Below are positions 1 to 14,249 of a stretch of 64,000 bases of DNA, in pieces. Below the pieces are notes generated by a model. The model worked only from the letters and a program-made list of their open reading frames with translations. It did no database searches and was not told the origin of the DNA. The position numbers were made by a program, and so were the translations under genes. Source of the stretch: an uncultured Gemmatimonadaceae bacterium (GTDB lineage: Bacteria > Gemmatimonadota > Gemmatimonadetes > Gemmatimonadales > Gemmatimonadaceae); the NCBI GenBank assembly GCA_963732065.1, contig CAVSYH010000023.1:1851-65850 (forward strand). Reading direction: 5' to 3'. Within the stretch, counting starts at the first letter, position 1. Every line of letters starts with the position of its first letter.

Positions 1-1133
<1,133 letters not shown>

Positions 1134-1219
1134 GTGTGTCCGGGAAGCAGGAGGCGCGAGGTATCTAACATCCCCTCAGAAGACGGTCAACCCGGAGGAG
1201 CGCCACAATCTCCTCCGTC

Positions 1220-1865
1220 TTAGTGAATCATTTCACAAAGTGACGACTTTCTCCTTCTCAGTCCTTCTGGATCGCCGCGGTGCTGCGCGATCACGCTGTC
1301 GATGATGCCGTAGTCCTTCGCTTCTTCGGCGCTCATGAACCGGTCGCGCTCCATGTCGCGCTCGATCTGCTCCACCTTCTTGCCCGTGTGCTTGGCGAAC
1401 AGCTCGTTCATCTTCGCGCGCAGGTACAGGATCTCGCTCGCCTGGATCTCGATGTCGGCCGCCGTGCCCTGCGTGCCGCCGCTCGGCTGGTGGATCATGA
1501 TGCGCGCGTGCGGCAGCGCGCTGCGCTTGCCCGCGGTGCCCGCCGCCAGCAGGAACGCGCCCATGCTCGCCGCCATGCCCATGCAGATCGTGTTGATCGG
1601 CGCGTTCAGGAACTGCATCGTGTCGTAGATCGCCATGCCGCGCGCTCACGCTGCCGCCCGGCGAGTTGATGTAGAGATAGATGTCGCGCTCGGGGTTGTC
1701 GGCCTCGAGGAACAGCAGCTGCGCGATGATGATGTTCGCCACGTCGTCGTTGATCGGCGTGCCGAGGAAGACGATGCGGTCCATGAGCAGGCGCGAGAAG
1801 ATGTCGTAGGTCCGCTCGCCGCGGCTCGACCGTTCGATCACGTAGGGAGGATAGATCGTCGACAC
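1220..1865 (-). CDS. clpP: ATP-dependent Clp protease proteolytic subunit ClpP (one frame switch near 1640)
   Basis: GTG at 1865 gives [27 protein letters not shown] ... [11 protein letters not shown], then in another frame MAIYDTMQF ... MIHQPSGG. One extra base sits between GCG and GGC in the SVSAGMA codons. Confidence 0.9.
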
Positions 1866-1896
1866 TGGCAGGTTCCCGGTTGGGGTCGTGGACACC

Positions 1897-3148
1897 TTAG
1901 GCGCTCCTCTGGATCTCATTGTGTTCGAGCAGCCACGCGAAGACCTTGTCCTCCGTGATGCTGCGCTCGATCTCCTTGATGCGGCCGGCCTTCTGCAGCG
2001 ACGCGTAGATCGCGCCCGGCTCGGCGCCGCGCTTGGCGGCCACCTCGGCGACGCGCGCATCGATGTCCGACTCCGACGCCGCCAGCTTCTCGCGCGTCGC
2101 GATCGTCTCGATCACCAGATCGCGCCGCACCTGGCGCTCCGCCACCGGGCGGAACTCCCCGGCGAACTTCTGCTTCTCTTCCTCGGGGATCTGGTACATC
2201 TCGGCGTACGCGCGCACGAGATCGTTCACCCAGCTCGGCGGCACCTCGAACGGATTCGCTGACACGATCTCGTCGATGAGCTTCTGGCGCACCTCCGCGT
2301 CGGCCTCGCGCGCGGTGTGCGTCGCGAGATCGGCGCGCACGGCGGTGCGGAGCGCGTCGAGCGAATCGAAGTCGCCCACTTCGCGCGCGAACGCGTCGTC
2401 GAGCGCGGGGAGTTCCTTGCGCTTCACGTCCACGACTTGCACGCGCACCGTTTTCGTCTTGCCGCGCTGCGCTTCGTCGGGGAAGTCCTCCGGCCATTTC
2501 ACGGGGCCTTCCTGCGTCGCGCCCGGCGTCGGTGCTCATGATCAGCTCTTCGATCGCCGGCGATCGCCTGGCCGGAGCCGACCACGATGCGGTATTCCTT
2601 GCCCTCGGGCAGCGCGCCGGTTTCGTCGGCGGTGGCGAGCATGCACCGTGACCATGTCGCCCGGCTGCGCGCGGCCCGTCGCCGGCGTCCAGGCGGCGCG
2701 CTGGTCGCGCAGCGTCTCGATCTGCTCCTTCACCATCTCGTCGGTGAGCGGCTTCTCGTTGCGCGGCACGCGGAAGCCGGACGTGCGCGCGAGCGCGATC
2801 GTGGGCTTCACTTCGAAGTGCAGCTCGAACGTGAGCGGCTGCCCCTCGTGGAAGTGCAGATCGTGCACGTGCGGCTGCGTCGCGAGGTCGAGCTTGTCGC
2901 GCTCGAGCACCGTCTTGAACGCTTCCTGCACGAGCGCTTCGATCGCTTCCTGCCGGATCGCCTCGGCGAACTTCTTGCGCACGACCGCCGCCGGCGCCTT
3001 GCCCGGGCGGAAGCCCGGCATGCGCACCTGGGTCGCGTACCGGGTGGCCGCCTTGTCTTCCGCGCTCTTCACATCCGTGAGCGGGACCGACACCGCCAGG
3101 CGGCGCTCCAGGCCCTCACTCTTCGTGGACTTTGATCTCGATGGACAT
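1897..3148 (-). CDS. tig: Trigger factor (frame broken at least 3 times)
   Basis: ATG at 3148 gives [10 protein letters not shown], then [12 protein letters not shown] and PGFRPGKAP (the trigger-factor GFRxGxxP motif). ORF 1897..2502 supplies the C-terminal domain. The clpX-clpP-tig order is conserved. Confidence 0.85.
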
Positions 3149-3319
3149 GCCCACAAGATAATCGAGTGAGCCAGGCTTGTGGGGCGGCGCATGGGCGCAT
3201 CGAGCCATGCGGCCATCGTAACTACTCCGGGGCCCCGCTGTTACGACGGCCCGACGGCGCGATCCCGCTTCCCGCTTGCCGCGATTCGTATCTTAGCTCC
3301 GCTCGAGGAACCCCGCTGC

Positions 3320-4302
3320 TCACACTGCGGCGGCGTCGGCCGCGACGTATCGGATTCTCGCGTGTGCGACATGTCCCACGCCTGGTGGATCGCGTCCATC
3401 ACCGGCGTCGGGGCGCGTGATGTGGATCATGTGGCCGGCGTTGGGCAGCACCACCAGCCGCGAGCGGTGCACCTGGTTGTGCAGGCGGTAGCCCTGGCGC
3501 GCCGGCACGGCCACGCGGTCGCTGTCGCCCACGACGATCACGAGCGGCAGCGCGATCTCGCCGTAGCGCGCGGAGAGTTCGCCGCGAGCTGTCGTAGCTC
3601 GCGGAGAAATCCTCGTCGCGCGCGTGCCGCTGCGCGGGGCGCGCCCGGCGGAACGCGAGCAGCGGGTCCGTCGCCTCGGTGTCGGGCACCGGCTCGGGTG
3701 CGAATCGCGCGCGCATCGTCGCGCGGTACACGCGGTATCCCACCAGCGGCTGCAGCACGGGCGTAAGCCGGTCGCTCGCGCGCGCCATGAGGTGCCCGTG
3801 CGGGTCGGTGTGGCGCGTGTTGTCGTCGGCGTAGCAGAGCGGGTTCAGCAGCACGAGGCCCGGCGAGTTCGCTGCCGTGCTCCAGCGCGTACGCCAGCGC
3901 GAGGAATCCGCTCCACGAATGCGCCACGAGCAGCGGCTGCTCGATGCCGACGCGCTGCACGGCGTCGCGCACGAGTTCGGCTTGGCCGCTCACGCTGAGG
4001 CCGGCGGGTGGCCGCTCGCTGTGGCCATAGCCCGGACGATCGATGATCACGGCCTGGAAATCGCGACTCACGCGCTCGCGCAGGCGTCCGGAGAAATCGG
4101 TGGCGTCGCCGTAGTTGCCGTGCAGCAACACGACCGGACGGCCGCCGCCGCGCACGAGCACGTGCACGCTGACGCCGTCCACTTTCACGCGCTCGCCTTC
4201 GGCCGGGTAGCGCTGCGTCACTTCACGCCGCTTCCACCGGTCGTAGCCGAGCAGCACGCCGCCGAACGCGATCACGCCCGCCGAGATCAACAGCCAGATC
4301 AT
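3320..4302 (-). CDS. Alpha/beta-fold hydrolase with an N-terminal TM anchor (frame-broken; 3' end uncertain)
   Basis: MIWLLISAGVIAFGGVLLGY (TM), VVLLHGN, nucleophile elbow AHSWSG, and C-terminal LPNAGHMIH in ORF 3320..3541. Confidence 0.6.
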
Positions 4303-4400
4303 CCACGCCTCCCCGGTTCCCGCAACGCTACGACTCGCCTGGGGACCCGTCTACCCCCTCTGAACGAGCGTCTGGGGCGAGGGTCACGGAACTGCTTGGG

Positions 4401-4500
4401 ACGCGGGAAGCGGGAAGCGCCGCGGGAAGCGACAGGGGCGCGAGGATTCATCGCGCCGTTCGCGCATCCCGCGGCGCTTCCCGCTTCCCGCTTCCCGCGT
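4401..4500. repeat. Family-A intergenic palindrome (arms made of GGGAAGC units), copy 1
   Basis: Left arm ACGCGGGAAGCGGGAAGCGCCGCGGGA (4401-4427). Right arm 4467-4500 is its reverse complement plus one extra TTCCCGC unit. Shares the 20-mer GGGAAGCGCCGCGGGAAGCG with 9275-9294. Confidence 0.7.
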
Positions 4501-4589
4501 GGTTATGACCGCCCTCTTGCGCCCAACCTCGCGCGATGGAACGATGATGTGTGCAGATTTCGGTCCGCCGCATTTCAAAGGAGGCTCAC

Positions 4590-5233
4590 TTGCTGAAACG
4601 ACTGATCGGCCTGGCGGCGCTCGCTGCCATGTTCTCGCTGCCCGGATCGATCCGCGCGCAGACGCCCGCGAGTGTGTGCGTGGACGGCACTACGTCGAAC
4701 GCGACGGGATCGGGTGCCTGCTCCGGACATGGCGGCGTGGACAAGGCCAAGACGAAGGCGGCGCACACGCCTCCGGCGCCGCCGCCGGCGCCCGCGGCGA
4801 CGATGGTGTCATGCAAGGATGGAACGCAATCGAAGAGCGGCAAGGGCGCGTGCTCGCATCACCGGCGGCGTCGGCACCCGCCGGCGACCGCGACGGCCGC
4901 ACCGCCCGCGCCACCCCAGGCTCCGCCGAGCGCGGCGGCTGGCCCCGCGGTCATGTGCACCGACGGCACGATGTCGAACACGAGCGGAAAGGGCGCGTGC
5001 TCGCATCACGGCGGCGTGAAGCACAACGGCGCGACGCCGCCCGCTCCGCCCGCTCCCCGCGCCCGCCGCCGCGCCCGCGATGGCCGGCAACGGCGATCAG
5101 TCCGAACAACAACCCGCAGGGCGCGATCGCGAAGTGCAAGGACGGCACCTACTCGCACGCCAAGCAGCACAGCGGCGCGTGCTCGCAGCACGGCGGAGTC
5201 GGGCAGTGGCTGGACGGAACGACGAAGCAATAG
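4590..5233 (+). CDS. Secreted protein with 4 DUF3761-like Cys repeats separated by Pro/Ala linkers (frame-broken)
   Basis: RBS AAAGGAGG, then TTG at 4590 and signal peptide LLKRLIGLAALAAMFSLPGSIRAQ. Four C-x-DG-T-x-S-x(4-6)-GACS-x-HGGV repeats (CVDGTTSNATGSGACSGHGGV, CKDGTQSKSGKGACSHH.., CTDGTMSNTSGKGACSHHGGV, CKDGTYSHAKQHSGACSQHGGV). Stop at 5233. Confidence 0.6.
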
Positions 5234-5260
5234 ACGACAGACGGTAGCCGTGAGAACGGC

Positions 5261-5291
5261 AACGGGGGCGCCGCATAGCGGCGCCCCCGTT
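5261..5291 (+). terminator. GC-rich hairpin downstream of the DUF3761-repeat gene
   Basis: AACGGGGGCGCCGC-ATA-GCGGCGCCCCCGTT followed by a T. Confidence 0.5.
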
Positions 5292-5326
5292 TAGCATCTA
5301 TCCAACACCGCTAACGACTTGAACAA

Positions 5327-5357
5327 AACGCGGCGGCCGGGAACCGGCCGCCGCGTT
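5327..5357 (-). terminator. GC-rich hairpin downstream of tRNA-Leu
   Basis: AACGCGGCGGCCGG-GAA-CCGGCCGCCGCGTT, 10 nt beyond the tRNA 3' end on the minus strand. Confidence 0.45.
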
Positions 5358-5366
5358 CGTTCGCAG

Positions 5367-5448
5367 TGCGAGAGGAGGGACTCGAACCCCCACGGGTTGC
5401 CCCACTGGATCCTAAGTCCAGCGCGTCTACCAATTCCGCCACTCCCGC
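5367..5448 (-). tRNA. tRNA-Leu (anticodon TAG), long variable arm, no encoded CCA
   Basis: Minus strand reads GCGGGAGTGGCGGAATTGGTAGACGC..GGACTTAGGATCC..GGTTCGAGTCCCTCCTCTCGCA. The 7-bp acceptor stem pairs (one G-U), the anticodon loop is CT-TAG-GA, and the T-loop is TTCGAGT. Confidence 0.9.
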
Positions 5449-5499
5449 GCGCGCGTCCAACCTAAGAGACGCACGGGAGCGCGGCCAGCCACCGCGCCC

Positions 5500-7054
5500 T
5501 TAGCCGCCGATCCTCAGATTCACCACGCGCGTCGCTTTCGCGCCCGCGTTGTACACGAGCAGCGTCACCACCTGGCCATCCTTCACGCCGGCGAGCGCCT
5601 CGTTCAGATCGGCCACCGAGTGGATGATCTTCTGATTCGGGCTCAGCACCTTCACGATCAGGTCGCTGCCCGGCTGCAGCTGGTGGAACGCCGGACCCAT
5701 CGCGTCCACATCGGTCACCGCGAGGCCGCGCTGGTTCTCCGGGATCTCGGCGCGGCTCGCCTTCTCCGCGCTCAGGATCTCCACCGAGATCCCCAGCTTG
5801 TCGTACGTCGCCGGCTGCACGCTGTCGTCGTTCCCGCTCGTGTTCTCGCGACCTTGGTCTCCTCGTTCGGCGCCTCGGCGAGCTTCACCTTGAACGACTT
5901 CTTCTCGCCGAATCGCATCACGTCCACCGTCACGACGTCGCCCGGCTTGTGGTCGCGGATCTGGCGCTGCATCTGCGCCACGCGATCCACCTGCACGCCG
6001 TCGATCGCGACGATCACGTCACCCGCCTCGATGCCGGCCCTCGCCGCCGGACTCTCCTGTCCGGGCGTCGAGCCGCCGACCAGCGCGCCGCGGATCTCCT
6101 TGAGCCCCGCCGCCTGCGCGTCTTCCGGCCGCAGGTCGGAGATGGAGACGCCGAGGATCGCGCGCCGCACGCGGCCGTACTGGATGATGTCGCCCATCAC
6201 CGTCTTCGCGAGCGTGATCGGGATCGCGAAGCCGTAGCCCGAGTAGTAGCCCGTCTGGCTCGCGATCGCGCTGTTGATGCCGATCACATCGCCGCGCGTG
6301 TCCACGAGCGGCCCGCCGGAATTGCCCGGGTTGATCGCCGCGTCGGTCTGGATGTAGTCCACGATCGCATACTGGCTCGCGTACAGTCCGCGGAGTTCGC
6401 GGCTCCGCCCCTTCGCGCTGATGATGCCCGCGGTGACGGTGAAGTCGAGGCCGAGCGGATTGCCGATCGGCCAGCACCCACTCGCCGACGCGCGCCTTCG
6501 CGTCATCGCCCAGCGAGATGACCGGGAAGTTCGACCCGTCGATCTTGATCACCGCGACATCGGTCGTGGGATCGCGGCCGACGACCTTCGCCTTGAACAT
6601 CCGCTTGTCGAGCAGCGTGACGGTCACCTTGTCGGCGTCCGCCGACGACGTGGTTGTTCGTGAGGATGTAGCCGTCCGGCGTCACGATGAAGCCCGAGCC
6701 GCTCCCCTCTTCCGGCTGCTGCCTCTGATTCGGATCGAACTGGCGGAAGAAATCCTCCATGCCCGGCGGAACGGCCTGACCACGGGGCGAGCGCGCCGAC
6801 GGCTTCGGCGCGTTCCGCTCGGTCACGATCGAGACGACCGCCGGCGTCACATGCTCGGCGATCGACACGAACGTGTTGCCGCCCTCGGGCACCGGCGCGC
6901 TCTGGGCGAGCTGCAGCGGAGCGCTCGCGCCGTTGCGCTGCTGCGCATAGCCGAACGGCGTGAGATTGAAGCCGGCGGTGACCACCAATCCGGCAATGAA
7001 CGCAGTGGCCGCGACGACGCCGAGCGTCGCGCGCGACAGGAATCGATTGGACAT
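5500..7054 (-). CDS. htrA: HtrA/DegP-family periplasmic serine protease with PDZ domains (frame broken at least 3 times)
   Basis: [25 protein letters not shown] anchor. Catalytic contexts [17 protein letters not shown] and [15 protein letters not shown]-like C-terminal pieces lie in ORFs 5772..6506 and 5500..5820. Confidence 0.85.
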
Positions 7055-7171
7055 ACTCGGGATCCTTCGTGGATGAGAGTTGGTCATATAGATACGTACA
7101 GCGGGGCTCCGGGGTTCCCGGAGCCCCGCCGTGTCCATTCGTTAGTCACCGGCAGCGCCGGTTGCGTTGCC

Positions 7172-9143
<1,972 letters not shown>

Positions 9144-9259
9144 TCAGGTGGTGTGGCTTACGCGCATAAGTTCAAGCAATATTTGGGCCTATCTAGTACG
9201 CCGGATTGGCAGATAAGTCTGACAGATGGGTGGCCGAATGGCCGAAGCTCTGTCACGTT

Positions 9260-9363
9260 CGGGAAGCGGGACGCGGGAAGCGCCGCGGGAAGCGGGAAGG
9301 GACCGCTGGGTCCCCGCGCAGTCCACGCGTCCCGCGGCGCATCCCGCTTCCCGCTTCCCGCGT
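9260..9363. repeat. Family-A intergenic palindrome, copy 2
   Basis: CGGGAAGCGGGACGCGGGAAGCGCCGCGGGAAGCGGGAAGGGA ... TCCCGCGGCGCATCCCGCTTCCCGCTTCCCGCG. Same arms as 4401-4500. Lies in the divergent dnaK / DUF47 spacer. Confidence 0.7.
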
Positions 9364-9441
9364 CCGACCAATCTTTGCCGCCGGCAACGCGCCGCCATAA
9401 GTTCCACCCCGCGACGCACCCCGTCCTCATGGGAGTTTCGA

Positions 9442-10054
9442 ATGCGCCTGATCCCGAGAGACGAAGCCTTCTTCGAGATGTTCTCCGAGCTCGCGAAGCG
9501 CGGATCCGCCTGCGCCCGGCTGCTGCGGCAATTGTTCGCGGAGCCGGCGAACCTCGAGAAGCATGTCGCTGCGATCAAGGCGGTGGAGCACGAGGCCGAC
9601 GAGCTCACGCACAAGATCATCCTGCGCATCGACCGGAGCTTCGTGACGCCGATCGACCGCGAGGACATCCACCTCCTCGCCGGCGAGCTGGACGACGTGA
9701 TCGACCTCATGGACGGCACCGCGCGCCGCGTGCAGATGTTCCACATCACCACGGTGCTGCCGCAGGCGATCCCGCTGTGCGACGTGCTCATTCGCGCGAC
9801 GGAGCACATCGAGGCGGCGGTGGCCGAGATGAAGGACTCGCGCATCGTCGTCGCGCGCGGCCGCGACATCAAGCTCCGCGAAGAAGAGGGCGACCAGCTC
9901 TACCACCAGGCGATCGGCGACCTGTTCGCCGGCGCACCCCGACCCGATCGAAGTGATCAAGTGGAAGGAGCTGTTCGACACCCTCGAGCGCGCCCTCGAC
10001 CAATGCGAGGATGTGGCGAATGTGCTGGAGAGCATCGCGCTGAAGCACAACTGA
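9442..10054 (+). CDS. DUF47-family protein (PhoU-like putative phosphate transport regulator; one frame switch near 9940)
   Basis: MRLIPRDEAFFEMFSELAKRG...VEHEADELTHKI...REDIHLLAGELDDVIDLMD... and C-terminus KWKELFDTLERALDQCEDVANVLESIALKHN. DUF47 upstream of a PiT transporter is the usual pairing. Confidence 0.75.
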
Positions 10055-10058
10055 TCTC

Positions 10059-11105
10059 GTGATCATCTACATCGTCGCGATCGTCGTCGTCGCGTTCATC
10101 TTCGATTTCAGCAACGGCTTCCACGATTCGGCGAACTCCATCGCCACGATCGTCGGCACGCGCGTGCTCAAGCCGCTCCCCGCGGTGATCTGGGCGGCGT
10201 CGTTCAATTTCCTCGCGGCGTTCGTGATCGGCACCAAAGTGGCGCAGACGATGGGCAAGGGGTTGATCGACGTCTCGATCGTGGACCCGAACGTGATCCT
10301 GGGCGGGCTCGTCGGCGCGATCATCTGGAACATCATCACGTGGTACTTCGGCCTGCCGTCCAGCTCATCGCACGCGCTCATCGGCGGCTATGGCGGCGCG
10401 GCGGTGGCGAAGGCGGGATTCCACGCGCTCATCGTGTCGGGCTGGACCAAGGTGCTCCTGTTCATCGTGCTCTCGCCGCTGATCGGCATGGCGCTCGGCT
10501 ACCTGCTGATGGTGCTGGTGATGTGGATCTTCCACCGCACGGCGCCGGCGCGCGTGGACCGCTTCTTCCGCGCCGCGCAGCTCGCGAGTTCGGCGCTCTT
10601 CTCGCTCGGCCACGGCGGCAACGACGCGCAGAAGACCATGGGCATCATCGTCGGACTGCTCGTCTCCACGCAGGCGCTCTTCGCTCACGAAACGGGGTGG
10701 CTCCACAGCCTGTATCTCCAGAACGCGGACCACATCCCGCTCTGGGTCGTGATGGGCGGCTACAGCGCGATCGCGCTCGGCACGCTCTTCGGCGGTTGGC
10801 GCATCGTGCTCACCATGGGCACGCGCATCACCAAGCTGCGCCCGGTGGGCGGATTCTGCGCCGAGACGGCGGGCGCGATGAGCATCCTGCTCGCGACGAA
10901 CTTCGGGATCCCGGTGAGCACCACGCACACCATCACCGGCGCGATCATGGGCGTGGGCGCGACCAACCGGCTGAGCGCCGTGCGCTGGGGCGTCGCGAGG
11001 CGTATCGTGTGGGCGTGGGTCCTGACGATCCCGATGGCCGCCCTCATGGCCGCCGGCGGTGTGGTGGGTGCTCCAGCTGATCACGAGCTGAGAGAGGAAC
11101 GATGA
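10059..11105 (+). CDS. pitA: Inorganic phosphate transporter, PiT family
   Basis: 348-aa polytopic ORF containing FDFSNGFHDSANSIATIVGT and GHGGNDAQKTMGII (the duplicated PiT signature GxxDxxN/K). Confidence 0.85.
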   Translation: MIIYIVAIVVVAFIFDFSNGFHDSANSIATIVGTRVLKPLPAVIWAASFNFLAAFVIGTKVAQTMGKGLIDVSIVDPNVILGGLVGAIIWNIITWYFGLPSSSSHALIGGYGGAAVAKAGFHALIVSGWTKVLLFIVLSPLIGMALGYLLMVLVMWIFHRTAPARVDRFFRAAQLASSALFSLGHGGNDAQKTMGIIVGLLVSTQALFAHETGWLHSLYLQNADHIPLWVVMGGYSAIALGTLFGGWRIVLTMGTRITKLRPVGGFCAETAGAMSILLATNFGIPVSTTHTITGAIMGVGATNRLSAVRWGVARRIVWAWVLTIPMAALMAAGGVVGAPADHELREER

Positions 11106-11922
11106 CCAGTCCCGACATTCGCTTCACCGGCAGCATTCCGGCGAATTACGACAAGTATCTGGGTCCGGTGTTCTTCGAGCCGTACGCGCTCGACGCCGCG
11201 GCGCGTTTGCCGAAGACGGCGAAGCGCGTGCTCGAGGTCGCGTGCGGCACGGGGATCGTGACCCGCCGGTTGCGCGAGGCGATGCGGCCGGACGCGCATT
11301 TCACGGCCACCGACTTGAGTCCCGCGATGGTCGAGTACGCGCGGTCGCGCATGCCGGGTGCGGCCGGCGTCGAGTTCCGTCCGGCGGACGCCATGGCGCT
11401 GCCGTTCCCCGATGCCTCGTTCGATGCGCTGGTCTGTCAGTTCGGCGTCATGTTCGTGCCCGACAAGGCGGTCGCGTTCGCGGAGATGCGCCGCGTGCTC
11501 GCGCCGGGCGGCACGTTGATCTTCTCGGTGTGGGACAGCCTTGCCGTGAATCCGGCGTCGCGGCTCGGCGCGCGAGACGGTCGTGAAGCTCTTCCCGGTG
11601 GATCCGCCGGATTTCATCACGATCCCATTCGGCTACTTCGATGTCGGAGTGATCACCGGCCTCCTGACCGCCGCCGGCTTCAGCGCCATAAAGGCCGAAC
11701 GCGTCGCGAAGGAGATGCATTCGCCAACGGCGCGCGATCTCGCGACCGGATTCGCGACCGGCACGCCGCTCGCGACGGGCATCGCGGAGCGGCGCGTCGG
11801 TGCCCGCGGAACGTGTGATCGCGGAGATCGCCGGCGCGATCGGCGCGCAGTTCGGCGATACGCCCGTGCACGCGCCGATGCTCGCGATCGTGTTCACCGC
11901 CTCGGCGCGCACGGGCGGATGA
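11102..11922 (+). CDS. Class I SAM-dependent methyltransferase (frame-broken)
   Basis: VLEVACGTGIVTRRL (motif I), FDALVCQFGVMFVPD and LAPGGTLIFSVW. Its ATG overlaps the pitA stop (ATGA). Confidence 0.7.
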
Positions 11923-13371
11923 TCCCGCACGCCCTCTTCGGCGACGGCATCTGGTGGGTGCTGTTCCTGTCCGTCGAGTGGGCGATCCGGATCGTGGCGA
12001 TCGTCATCGTCCCCTTCCGCCGCTCGCCCGAGACGGCGAAGGGCTGGCTGCTGCTCATCCTCTTCGAGCCGATCGTCGGGCTCGTGGTGTACCTCGCGTG
12101 GGGCCGCACGCGGATGCCCGCGTGGCGGCTGCGGCGCGCGGCGGAATTCGAGGAGGGCGCGCGACCCGTGTACGCGCGGCTGCTCGCCCACCCCGCGGTG
12201 TTCCATCCGGAGCAAGCGCCCGCGATCGCGCCGGCCGTGCGCCTCACCGAGCAGCTCGGCGACCTGCCGATCCTCGGCGGGAACCACGCGGAGATCCTGT
12301 CCGACTATGCCGGCATCGTCGAGCGGCTGATCGCGGACATCGACGCGCGCGAAGAATCACGTGCATTTGCTGTTCTACATCGTGGCCGACGACGCCGTGG
12401 CGGCGCGCATCATGGACGCGCTCGAGCGCGCCGTGAAGCGCGGCGTGGCCTGCCGTCTGCTGGCGGACGCGATCGGATCCCGGCCGTTCGGATTCAAGGA
12501 GTTGGCGCCGCGACTTCGCGCGAGGGGCATCGATGCGTTCGCGACGCTTCAAACTGTCGCTCATCCGGTCGCAAGGCGCGCGCGCCGATCTCCGCAATCA
12601 CCGCAAGATCGCCGTGATCGATGGGCGCATCGGTTACACCGGCTCGATGAACCTCGTGGCGCCCGACTTCAAACCGGGGCTCACGTACGAGGAGCTGATG
12701 GTGCGCATCACCGGGCCGGCGGTGCTCGAACTCCAGGCGGTGTTCGCGCAGGACTGGTTCATCGAGACGGGCAAGAATCTCGAGCCCGGCACGCCGTTCC
12801 CCGACCCGGAGATCACGGGCGTGACGCCCGCGCAGGTGCTGCCGTCGAGCCCGCTCTTCCCGCGGCAGAACAGCCAGCGGCTGATCGTGGCGCTGCTGGG
12901 CGTCGCGCGCGAGCGTGCCGTGATCACGACGCCGTATTTCATTCCCGACGACGCGCTGCGCCAGGCGCTCACCACCGCGGTGATGCGCGGCGTGGACGTG
13001 CGGCTGGTGGTGCCCGGGCAGGACGATCAGCTGCTCGTGTCCAACGCGCAGAAGTCGTACTATGAGGAGTTGCTCACCGGCGGCGTGAAGATCTGCCGGT
13101 ACTCCAAGCGATTCCTGCACGCGAAGCACGTCACGATCGACGACGAGATCGGCTGGATCGGCTCGTCGAACATGGACATCCGCTCGTTCGCGCTCAACGA
13201 GGAGGTCGTGCTGCTGACGTACGATCCCGCGGTGTGCGCGCAGATGCGCGTCGGTGCAGGAGCGGTACTTCCGTGAAGGGCGAGTGGCTCGACGCGGCGA
13301 TCTGGGGTGCGCAGCCGCTCTGGCGTCAGGTGGGATGGAACGTGGCCCGTCTCTTCAGTTCACTGCTCTAG
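11919..13371 (+). CDS. cls: Cardiolipin synthase (PLD superfamily; frame broken at least 3 times)
   Basis: N-terminal TM pair (WWVLFLSVEWAIRIVAIVIVPF..) and two HKD motifs, NHRKIAVIDGRIGYTGSMN and LHAKHVTIDDEIGWIGSSN. Its ATG overlaps the methyltransferase stop. Confidence 0.85.
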
Positions 13372-13380
13372 GAGGAGGCG

Positions 13381-14035
13381 ATGCGCAAACTGATCGCGGG
13401 GATCATGGAGTTCCGCCGGCTGCGGCGCGCGGACTATCAGGACACGTTCGCCGAACTCGCGCTCGGCCAGCGCCCCGACGTGCTGTTCATCGCCTGCTCG
13501 GACAGCCGCGTGGCGGTGAACGTGTTCGCATCCACCGATCCCGGCGACATGTTCGTCGTGCGCAACGTGGGGAACCTCATCCCGCCCAGCGACGTGGATG
13601 GGCGCTCGACGAGCGACGAGTCGGAGGCGTCGGCCATCGAGTTCGCGCTGTCGCGGCTGGAGGTGAGCCACGTCGTCGTGTGCGGCCATTCGGACTGCGG
13701 GGCGATCAAGGCGCTCTGTGCGGGGCGCGGCACGATCCCGGAGCCGAACCTGCGGGCGTGGCTGCGGCACGCCGAGCCGGCGCTGGCGGAAGCGCGGAAG
13801 AAGGGGACGGACGATGTGCGCACCGTGTCTCAGCTGAATGTGCTTGCAGCAGCTGGAGCATATCGGCGGCTACCCGCTGGTGAAGTCGCGAGTGGAGCGC
13901 GGCGAGTTGCAGCTGCACGGATTGTGGTTCGATATCCGGGGTGCGGACGTGTACTACTTCGAGCCGTTGCGGGGGAAGTTCGTGCTGATCGACGACATGG
14001 AGGGCGCGAGCGTGTTGGCGCGACTTGGAGCATGA
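13381..14035 (+). CDS. Beta-class carbonic anhydrase (one frame switch near 13830)
   Basis: RBS GGAGGAGG lies upstream. Zinc ligand contexts FIACSDSRV and VVCGHSDCGAIKA. The C-terminus HGLWFDIRGADVYYF is in ORF 13838..14035. Confidence 0.8.
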
Positions 14036-14249
14036 AGCTGCCTGACTGTCGCTAAAAATGCGTATTATATCGTTATACTGGCTTGATAGTGTTGCATAAT
14101 AAGGCCTGAATCGCCTACCAACGATCCGACCAGTCGTTACGTACGTGTGATTCACGGCGGCCTCGCGGGGCTCTAGATTACCTCCCACGACAACCGCACT
14201 CCCGCCGCCCGCGCCTCACGCCGGGCGGCGACTCGTCTCCGCCTGGGAA

